This document shows, piece after piece, positions 37,646-45,677 of a stretch of 64,000 nucleotides of DNA. Numbering within the stretch: the first letter of the stretch is position 1; every line of letters starts with the position of its first letter. This DNA is from a virus (lineage: Duplodnaviria; Caudoviricetes), in IMG/VR virus record IMGVR_UViG_3300005805_000072, positions 1 through 64,000 of that record, one strand, 5' to 3'. A model generated the notes under the pieces. The model saw nothing but the letters and a program-made list of their open reading frames with translations. It did not search any database and was not told the origin of the DNA. The position numbers and the translations under genes are program-made.

Positions 37646-38499
37646 TGGCACGGAACAACTATTTCAAAGTCTCCTCTCGCGAATCTAACCTCTTCGATCA
37701 ACTCGTCCGCGAGCAGATCAAGATCTATGGGTTCGATGTCCACTATATCTTTCGCAAGTTTCAGAATCTTGATGCTCTATTCGGAGAAGATCCTACTTCC
37801 AAGTTCGACAAGAGTTTTCAGATTGAAATGTTCGTCAGCAACTATGAGTTCTTTGAATCTCTCGGAAGAGTGATTGACAAGTTTGGAATAAACCTACAGG
37901 ACTCCGTTACCCTCATGGTTTCCAAGAACAGGTTCAGCGAGGAAAGCATCAAGTATGGAACCGATTTGCTTCCACAAGAAGGCGATCTCATTTACTTTCC
38001 CGAATATGGTGGTCTGTTTGAAATCAAGTTCGTCAATGCAAGAAACTCGTTCTTTGCCTACGAACTGTCCTGTGATCGCTTCCGCTACTCGGCAGAGCAG
38101 ATCGACACGGAGATTGCGGAAGTCGATCAGATCGAAGAGAATCTCATCACGCCTATAAACTCCTATACTCTTGCAACCACTGGTGTCACATTCTACGAAG
38201 GTGAGAAGATATACCAAGGTGCAAGCCTTGGAAGCAGCACATATAGTGGCGTGGTGGTCAACTTCGACTCTGTGACGAATACAGTCAAGGTGCGCTCTGA
38301 GGTTGGAACAGCATCGTCCATCCTTCCCTTGCGCGGCGATAGTTCGAATACAGTGGTGTTCTATGACAACAAGGATGAAACCGAAGAGAACTACATCGAA
38401 TCGAACAATGATGATACAAATGTAATCGAACTTGAGAGGGCAGAAAAAGACTTGATCGATTTCAGCGATAAAGATCCCTTCTCGGAGGGCAACTACTGA
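37645..38499 (+). CDS. gp14: neck protein
   Basis: E..L...L..E.IKIYG.DV.Y...DKFG....D...L.VSK.RF...P.EGDLIYFP...DFS.KDPFSE. Confidence 0.95.
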   Translation: MARNNYFKVSSRESNLFDQLVREQIKIYGFDVHYIFRKFQNLDALFGEDPTSKFDKSFQIEMFVSNYEFFESLGRVIDKFGINLQDSVTLMVSKNRFSEESIKYGTDLLPQEGDLIYFPEYGGLFEIKFVNARNSFFAYELSCDRFRYSAEQIDTEIAEVDQIEENLITPINSYTLATTGVTFYEGEKIYQGASLGSSTYSGVVVNFDSVTNTVKVRSEVGTASSILPLRGDSSNTVVFYDNKDETEENYIESNNDDTNVIELERAEKDLIDFSDKDPFSEGNY

Positions 38500-39155
38500 T
38501 GTTTGACTACTTCTACAACGGAAGCATACGGAAACTTGTCGTTGGATTCGGCTCCCTGTTCAATGAGATATACATCTCAAGAAACCTACCCGAAGGGATC
38601 GTCAAGAAGATAAAGGTTCCAATCTCATACGGTCCAAAGGAAAAGTTCTACAGGAAGATAGTGGAACTTGATGAGGGTGGAGACAGGAATGCCGTGGAGA
38701 ACATCCTTCCCCGCATAGGCTTTGAGATAACATCGATGACCTATGATGGAAGCAGAAAGTTGAACAGCCTCAATCGTTCATATACAAACAGAAACGAAGC
38801 AAATCAAACCATGTCGTATTCATACAATGAGGTTCCATACAACTTTGAGTTTAACCTGCATGTCATGGCTAGAAACATTGAGGATGGATATCAGATAGTG
38901 GAGCAGATACTTCCTTATTTCACACCCGATTTCACGATAACGATGAACTTCACTGAAATCGACAAAAAGGTTGATGTTCCAATCATTTTGAATTCGGTTG
39001 TTCCAACCGACGAGTTTGAGGGAGACATGATGACGCGAAGGTTGCTCACTCATACTTTCTCGTTCACCGCAAAGTCATACATCTTCAGCAAGATAACTAC
39101 ATCGGGTCTAATCCGTGAGATCAAACTCACCTTTCAGGAATTGGTGGATGACTGA
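38499..39155 (+). CDS. gp15: tail terminator / sheath stabiliser
   Basis: YFYNGSIRKLVVGFGSLFN...VPISYGPKEKF...LPR.GFEIT...VPYN...QIVEQILPYFTP. Confidence 0.95.
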   Translation: MFDYFYNGSIRKLVVGFGSLFNEIYISRNLPEGIVKKIKVPISYGPKEKFYRKIVELDEGGDRNAVENILPRIGFEITSMTYDGSRKLNSLNRSYTNRNEANQTMSYSYNEVPYNFEFNLHVMARNIEDGYQIVEQILPYFTPDFTITMNFTEIDKKVDVPIILNSVVPTDEFEGDMMTRRLLTHTFSFTAKSYIFSKITTSGLIREIKLTFQELVDD

Positions 39156-41566
39156 TGACAGGCGAACAGAACCTAGATGGCTTTCTCTCAAACTACCGCA
39201 TCATCACTGAAACTGTTGAAGCGTATGATATAACCACAGAGAGAACCTACAATGTGGTCAACATATCACTTGAGCAGAAGAAGCAGAAACCAAAGGTATA
39301 TTTCACCCGTGGTGCTGTTCCATATCTCTGTCCAACAGAAAACAACAATGCATTTGTATTGGGAATATCTGGTGGCATAACAGCCGATCATGCCAACTTT
39401 CTGGCGGGAACGACATACCTCAGAAGCCTTGGCATGGAGATGTTCTATGATCTCAACGAGGTCAGGGATGCTGAATACGGAACCGTAAAATACACTCCAG
39501 GTCAGCAGAACATGTACGGAGCATTCAAGGTTCTATTTGACAACTACAGGGTTCTATCCGAATATCCCGTCTTCTACAGCATCACGGGTGCAAATGATCC
39601 TTACCCAGTATCCTCCTTCTCAGGTATCACTGAGAGAGGAGCATCGGCTGGTTGCTATACCCTTGTGAACTTCGGGGGAACGATCACACCATTTCAGTTG
39701 ATGTTCAATGCATCGTCATTGGGCATATCCCACAACAATGGTCTTCCCACGGGAACGGGTGGCAATCCCCTCTACTTCGGTCTTCCGATATATCAGGGAG
39801 TAACTGCCGCAATCAAATCAATGTATTTCACTCCAAACATACATGCATCGTTGATACGAAACATCACTTTGCTTGGTTCCTATGGAGTGACATTCGTTGG
39901 CTATCTAGCCAACTTAAATCCATATCAGCAGTTCATCAAGTTTGCCGATGATGATTTCCAAGACACACAGACTAATCTGGTCGCTAGGTATCTTGGAAGC
40001 ACGGGTAATCCTGCATGGATTTCTGAACTGAAAAGATTCGCTGGTTCCACTGCTCTTGCATACAACTTGATTGGCTATGAACTATCAAAGGATTTCATCG
40101 ATAGGTTCATGCAAGAAATCAAACTCTATCCTGCCAAGTATGGCATGGGTAGAAACTCATACAACATAGGTCATCTATACCTACCCTATGCGACTGAGAT
40201 TCTTGGTTGGTCTGCATTGATACCTACGCCAGGAGTTGCAACCGATGCAACTGGTCCTTATGCTCCTGCTGGAGACTACTATGTGACTCGTCTTGCGGGA
40301 TTGACCGTTTATCCTGCACCATCTGGATACACCTACAGTGTGGGAGTATCGGGATGGCAGACCTATCGCTATGCAACTGGTCTGACCACACAATATTTCA
40401 ATGACTATTTCATGCTTGGCGGTCCCTCTGCGGCAGCATCGGCAACATACGAGGCATCAAGAATACTCCCTGTTAATATACTGACTTACTTCCAAGACAC
40501 AGCGGCAGGACTTGGTCCTGATGGCAAGACGATGGATTTTCTTCATTCATATTACTATGATCTCTATCAGGAGACGGTAAAGTACGGTGGTTATCTCTAT
40601 GCAAATGTATACCCAATCAACTTCATTCCAAGATTCAATCCATTGATACCCGTTCAGAATGTGGGAACATATTCAGCCTTGAACACACGGGCAAGACGCG
40701 ATTGCACGATCCATCCTGATTTCGGTATTACATCGAACGAGAGAAAGTACAATCTGAAGCAGTCAATGGCAGCGACCATTAAGGCAGCAACCAGAACCTG
40801 GAAGTTGATGCTCGACAATGTTCAAAAATACAACTATCGAATCATGCCTGTGATTCGTGGAAGGAGCGAGGATCTAGACTTGACTCGCGGTGGTTCTGTC
40901 CCGTATTCGCCAAGCGATTTTGTTCAGTACATAATAGAACCGCTGTTCTCTGGCGATGTTCCTGCAAATGGATTCATCTTCGTGGACGATGTTCATGAGA
41001 GACTGTTGAACGACTTCTACTATGGAAACATCGGAAGATCGGCAGCAGAGTATTCTGCTGTCATAACCAACGGAGGTGTATCGGGAGCCAGCATACCGAC
41101 ATCATTCATCCGTGGGCTTGAGACATACTTCTTCAATCTTGAGGAACTACAAGATAACATGTCTTATAGAGGCTATCTTGTTGATCTTGGTCTCACGATG
41201 GCAAACGACAACCTTAATGAATACTCCACCGTTTTGAACTCAGGAAGATTCAGTGATTACAGGGTCTTTGAATCAAACACCTCACCATATGGAGGAAACA
41301 CTCAAATCCCATATGGAAATACCTACGAATTCAGATGGTATCTTGTTCCATTGAGATCCGATTGCATTATGAGTACGAATCAAGAACTTCGCAGCAGATG
41401 GTTATCTAGTACAAACAACAACATTGATACAGCCTATCGAATCATGCGAGATGCATATTTTGAACTGACGAAGCAGCAACTTGCTGCCGCATATGCATAT
41501 TTCAACAGTTCGAACATAACTACATTTGTAGAGTACAGGGCTACTGATAAAGCGATTGGAAGGTAG
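39155..41566 (+). CDS. large Tyr/Gly/Asn-rich hypothetical protein between gp15 and gp16
   Basis: 803-aa uninterrupted ORF coupled to gp15; no recognised family. Confidence 0.8.
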   Translation: MTGEQNLDGFLSNYRIITETVEAYDITTERTYNVVNISLEQKKQKPKVYFTRGAVPYLCPTENNNAFVLGISGGITADHANFLAGTTYLRSLGMEMFYDLNEVRDAEYGTVKYTPGQQNMYGAFKVLFDNYRVLSEYPVFYSITGANDPYPVSSFSGITERGASAGCYTLVNFGGTITPFQLMFNASSLGISHNNGLPTGTGGNPLYFGLPIYQGVTAAIKSMYFTPNIHASLIRNITLLGSYGVTFVGYLANLNPYQQFIKFADDDFQDTQTNLVARYLGSTGNPAWISELKRFAGSTALAYNLIGYELSKDFIDRFMQEIKLYPAKYGMGRNSYNIGHLYLPYATEILGWSALIPTPGVATDATGPYAPAGDYYVTRLAGLTVYPAPSGYTYSVGVSGWQTYRYATGLTTQYFNDYFMLGGPSAAASATYEASRILPVNILTYFQDTAAGLGPDGKTMDFLHSYYYDLYQETVKYGGYLYANVYPINFIPRFNPLIPVQNVGTYSALNTRARRDCTIHPDFGITSNERKYNLKQSMAATIKAATRTWKLMLDNVQKYNYRIMPVIRGRSEDLDLTRGGSVPYSPSDFVQYIIEPLFSGDVPANGFIFVDDVHERLLNDFYYGNIGRSAAEYSAVITNGGVSGASIPTSFIRGLETYFFNLEELQDNMSYRGYLVDLGLTMANDNLNEYSTVLNSGRFSDYRVFESNTSPYGGNTQIPYGNTYEFRWYLVPLRSDCIMSTNQELRSRWLSSTNNNIDTAYRIMRDAYFELTKQQLAAAYAYFNSSNITTFVEYRATDKAIGR

Positions 41567-41571
41567 ATATC

Positions 41572-42051
41572 ATGAGCAAGATGGATGAAAATCTTTCGGA
41601 GATTCTCAATATGGATCCCGAGCCGAAGCCCCTTGCAGTCAAGCCACCGAATGCCATTGAGGTCAAGGTGGACATGGACGATGCAGACAAGGACTTTCAG
41701 AAGGCTAGGGAAAACCTCAAGGAACTTGTCAACCTTGGATTCCAAGCAATTGATGGAGTCCTAAAGGTTGCAAGCGAGGGAGATTCTCCCCGTGCCTATG
41801 AAGTGGTCGCGCAGATGATCAAGGCAGTAGCCGAGACGAACAAAGATCTCGTTGAACTGCATCAGCGCATGAAGACCATCAAGCAGGACAAGTACGAGCA
41901 GAAGACCGTCAACAATACGACGAATGCCATCTTTCTTGGCTCAACCAAGGAACTACAGGAACTCATCAATCCCAAGCGTAGTTTTGCAAAGGCAATGACC
42001 GAGACTACTGCGATCATAGATGAATCGAAGAAGATGCTCGAAAATGGCTGA
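41572..42051 (+). CDS. gp16: terminase small subunit
   Basis: D...AR.NL.ELV..G...I...L.VA.E..SPRAYEVVAQMIK...NNAIF.GST.ELQ.L. Confidence 0.92.
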   Translation: MSKMDENLSEILNMDPEPKPLAVKPPNAIEVKVDMDDADKDFQKARENLKELVNLGFQAIDGVLKVASEGDSPRAYEVVAQMIKAVAETNKDLVELHQRMKTIKQDKYEQKTVNNTTNAIFLGSTKELQELINPKRSFAKAMTETTAIIDESKKMLENG

Positions 42052-43702
42052 AGACAAGACATCCAAAAACTATCTCGGCAACCCAAACCTCAAGGCAACC
42101 GATGTCAAGATCAACTGGACAAAGGAACAACTTGAGGAGTATGCCCATTGTGCAAGAGATCCGATCTATTTCATTCAGAAGTATGTGAAGATCATCTCCC
42201 TTGATAAGGGTCTTGTTCCTTTTGAACTTTATGACTTTCAAGAGGAGATGGTGAGGACAATTCATAGCAACAGGTTCGTCATTGCCAAGTTGCCCCGTCA
42301 GAGCGGCAAGTCCACCACGGTCACAGCATACATGCTGCATTACATCCTGTTCAATCAGAGCGTGAATGTAGCCATACTAGCCAACAAACTCAGCACGGCT
42401 AGGGAACTATTGTCACGCCTCAAGTTGGCATACGAGTATCTTCCCAAGTGGTTGCAGCAAGGTGTACTTGAATGGAACAAGGGATCGATTCAACTTGAGA
42501 ACGGTTCAAAGGTTCTTGCTTCAGCAACATCCTCTAGTGCCGTCCGTGGTGGATCTTTCAACATGATCTTCCTTGACGAGTTTGCCTATGTTCCTCAGAA
42601 TGTGGCAGAGGAGTTCTTCTCCTCCGTCTATCCCACCATCTCGTCGGGTCAGGAAACGAAGGTATTCATAGTCTCGACTCCACACGGTATGAATCTGTAC
42701 TATAAGTTGTGGACGGATGCATCGAATGGAAGAAACTCATACATTCCAATCGATGTCCATTGGTCGGATGTTCCTGGCAGGGATGAGAAGTGGAAACAGG
42801 AGACGATTGCAAATACCTCGGAGGAACAGTTCCGCACAGAGTTTGAGTGTGACTTTGTCGGCTCGGTTCATACTCTGATAGCACCTTCCAAGTTGAAGAC
42901 CCTTGCATATGTGGATCCCGTCTTCAAGAACGGAGAAGGGTTCAAGGTCTATGCCAAGCCAGAGGAAAAGCATATCTACGTCATAACCGTCGATGTCTCT
43001 CGCGGTACGGGTCAGGACTATTCAGCATTCAGCATTGTAGACATCACTACCGCTCCATACAAACTAGTAGCCACTTTCAGAAACAATACCATGTCCCCGA
43101 TGGTCTTTCCAAATGCCATCCATGTTGCCGCAAAGCAATACAACAATGCCCATGTGCTTGTCGAGGTCAATGACATGGGTGGACAGGTAGCGGACATACT
43201 GCACAGTGAACTTGAGTACGAGAACCTGTTGTCTTCCACCATGCGTGGCAGGAAAGGTCAGGTTCTTGACGGAGGATTTGGCTCAGGCACTAGTCAGTTT
43301 GGTGTAAGGACAACCGAAGTGGTAAAGAGGTCTGGTTGCTCCATCCTCAAGTCCCTTGTGGAGTCGGACAGGCTGCTGATACAGGATTTCGATGTCATAA
43401 AAGAACTGTTTGCTTTTGTTGCCAAGAAGAACTCGTTTGAAGCCGAGACGGGATACAACGATGACTTGGTGATGACGCTCGTACTATTCGGGTGGCTATC
43501 CACCCAACCATACTTCAAGGATCTTTCCTCCTTGGACATCCGAAAAGACATCTATCAGGACACGATCAGTAAACTTGAAGACGAGATGACCCCCTTTGGA
43601 TTTGTGGATGACGGAATAGATGAACCCGTTCCCGAGAAGACCGAGATGGACGGAGCAGCATGGTGGAAAGATAGGGAAGCGGAAAAATTTGGTTGGTATT
43701 GA
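42044..43702 (+). CDS. gp17: terminase large subunit
   Basis: YLGNPNLK; Walker A LPRQSGKST; Walker B IFLDEFA; STPHG; DVSRG; DDLVM; start reassigned to ATG 42044. Confidence 0.97.
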   Translation: MAEDKTSKNYLGNPNLKATDVKINWTKEQLEEYAHCARDPIYFIQKYVKIISLDKGLVPFELYDFQEEMVRTIHSNRFVIAKLPRQSGKSTTVTAYMLHYILFNQSVNVAILANKLSTARELLSRLKLAYEYLPKWLQQGVLEWNKGSIQLENGSKVLASATSSSAVRGGSFNMIFLDEFAYVPQNVAEEFFSSVYPTISSGQETKVFIVSTPHGMNLYYKLWTDASNGRNSYIPIDVHWSDVPGRDEKWKQETIANTSEEQFRTEFECDFVGSVHTLIAPSKLKTLAYVDPVFKNGEGFKVYAKPEEKHIYVITVDVSRGTGQDYSAFSIVDITTAPYKLVATFRNNTMSPMVFPNAIHVAAKQYNNAHVLVEVNDMGGQVADILHSELEYENLLSSTMRGRKGQVLDGGFGSGTSQFGVRTTEVVKRSGCSILKSLVESDRLLIQDFDVIKELFAFVAKKNSFEAETGYNDDLVMTLVLFGWLSTQPYFKDLSSLDIRKDIYQDTISKLEDEMTPFGFVDDGIDEPVPEKTEMDGAAWWKDREAEKFGWY

Positions 43703-43718
43703 GCAAATACTCAAATTC

Positions 43719-43725
43719 ATACATA
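43719..43725 (+). promoter_or_regulatory. late promoter variant ATACATA
   Basis: Intergenic, upstream of the GGGAGA SD of gp18a. Confidence 0.55.
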
Positions 43726-43751
43726 TGAAGTAGATTCATCGGGAGAAACAA

Positions 43752-45668
43752 ATGAGCAGACTACCTGTACAACTCAGCCCTGGTGTGAATTATTCGGAAA
43801 TCGACATAACCACGGTTGTTCCAAATGTTGCAACGACAATTGGAGCATTCGCGGGTGTCTTTCAATGGGGACCAGCGGAAAAAGTAACCACAGTTACTTC
43901 GGAAGATAACCTAGTCACCGTTTTCGGAAAGCCTCTAAGCACAGAAGAGGGTATAGATTTCCATTGTGCCGCAAACTTCCTACAGTATGGAAGAAACCTA
44001 AAGGTAGTACGAGTCATCGGCTCAAACGAAACCACTGCCAATAGCGCAGGTATTACGGGTGTACAATACCTAAACGAGGATGACTTCTTTGCCAGAAGTG
44101 ACGAACTTACTTCTCCTTTCTATGCTCGTTATCCAGGAGTTTTAGGAAATTCCCTGAAAGTTGTTCTTCTTGATGATAATGGTCAGGCAAACCTGACGGT
44201 TGGTGCCACCGCAGCGGTTGGATCAACAACCATCAAGTTCACCACTGCTCTAGGTGGAACTGCTGAAGAAAATGACAAACTCATCTTTCAGACATCGAAC
44301 TTCTCACAAGTCTTCCAAATTGATTCGGCATCGGGCTTGACGGCAACACTAAAGACCGTGGTTGCAAGCACCATTCCAAATGGAGCAACAGTAATCTTCC
44401 GTAGCAAGTATGCGGATTTGTTCCCAATATCTGCCGATACAAGCACACAGTCAACCAACCTTGGCGGAAGCAATGACGAGTTGAATGTTGTTGTTGTGGA
44501 TGAAGATGGTCTTTTCACAGGAACAGAAGGCGTTGTTCTTGAGACATATCAGAATGTCTCAAAGGCATATGATGCAAAGAACAATGATGGCGCACCAAAC
44601 TATATCGGTGCAGTTCTAAACAACAACTCCAACTATATCTGGGCTGGAGATGTGGAGTCTCTTTGGGGTGCTGCGACTCAAGAATCCATCACGACTGACT
44701 TCGGTGACATAACAACGGGATTCACGGCAGCAGGAGTGTCTACTTACGGAATGACCGGAGCAGCCGAAGGAACCAACAATAGCAACCGCCTCTATATCGG
44801 TGGATACAGCAAGTTCCTAGACAAGGAGAGTGTGGACATATCGCTTCTCATTGCAGGACGGGCGGGTGGAGACGACTTTGCCGAGACAAACATCAAGTTG
44901 CTTCGTGACTTGGTAAATGATCGTAAGGATTGCGTGTTGTTCATCTCACCAAAACTACAGAATGTACTTAACAAGTCTCAATTGGCTGCAACCAATGCAA
45001 CCATAACAACACGAAATGCATACGATATCAACTCATCATATGTCGTCATGGACAGTGGATGGAAGTACATTTATGACAAGTACAATGACAAGTTCCGCTA
45101 TATTCCACTTAACGCAGACATCGCTGGTCTGTGTGCAAGAAGCGAATTCAACACACAGGCATGGTACTCGCCAGCAGGTCTCAATAGAGGAATCATAAAG
45201 AATGTCATCAAGTTGGCATTCAATCCAGATCAATCCTCACGCGATCTTCTTTATGTCGCTGGTGTGAATCCTGTGGTAACATTCAGCGGAGAGGGAACTG
45301 TTCTTTACGGCGACAAGACCATGTTGAAGAAGCCAAGTGCATTCGACCGCATCAATGTCCGTAGGCTGTTCATCACCCTTGAAAAGGCTATATCAACTGC
45401 CTCTAAATACTCATTGTTTGAGTTCAATGATGAGTTTACCAGATCGCAGTTCCGCAACCTTGTCGTTCCATATCTAAGAAGCGTGCAGTCACAGAGAGGC
45501 ATCATCGATTTCAAGGTGGTCTGCGACGAGACCAACAATACTGGATCGGTCATAGATGCCAATCAGTTCGTGGCAGACATCTATATCAAGCCGAACAGAA
45601 GCGTAAACTTCATTCAGTTGAACTTCATTGCCACAAGAACAGACAGCAACTTCACTGAGATCATCTAA
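43752..45668 (+). CDS. gp18: tail sheath protein, copy A (638 aa)
   Basis: SPGV...EID.T...FQWGP...FLQYG..L.VVR...YPG..GN...WYSPAGLNRG...GDKT....SAFDRINVRRLF...FEFNDEFTR..F...IKP.RS.NFIQLNF. Confidence 0.97.
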   Translation: MSRLPVQLSPGVNYSEIDITTVVPNVATTIGAFAGVFQWGPAEKVTTVTSEDNLVTVFGKPLSTEEGIDFHCAANFLQYGRNLKVVRVIGSNETTANSAGITGVQYLNEDDFFARSDELTSPFYARYPGVLGNSLKVVLLDDNGQANLTVGATAAVGSTTIKFTTALGGTAEENDKLIFQTSNFSQVFQIDSASGLTATLKTVVASTIPNGATVIFRSKYADLFPISADTSTQSTNLGGSNDELNVVVVDEDGLFTGTEGVVLETYQNVSKAYDAKNNDGAPNYIGAVLNNNSNYIWAGDVESLWGAATQESITTDFGDITTGFTAAGVSTYGMTGAAEGTNNSNRLYIGGYSKFLDKESVDISLLIAGRAGGDDFAETNIKLLRDLVNDRKDCVLFISPKLQNVLNKSQLAATNATITTRNAYDINSSYVVMDSGWKYIYDKYNDKFRYIPLNADIAGLCARSEFNTQAWYSPAGLNRGIIKNVIKLAFNPDQSSRDLLYVAGVNPVVTFSGEGTVLYGDKTMLKKPSAFDRINVRRLFITLEKAISTASKYSLFEFNDEFTRSQFRNLVVPYLRSVQSQRGIIDFKVVCDETNNTGSVIDANQFVADIYIKPNRSVNFIQLNFIATRTDSNFTEII

Positions 45669-45677
45669 GGAGATACA

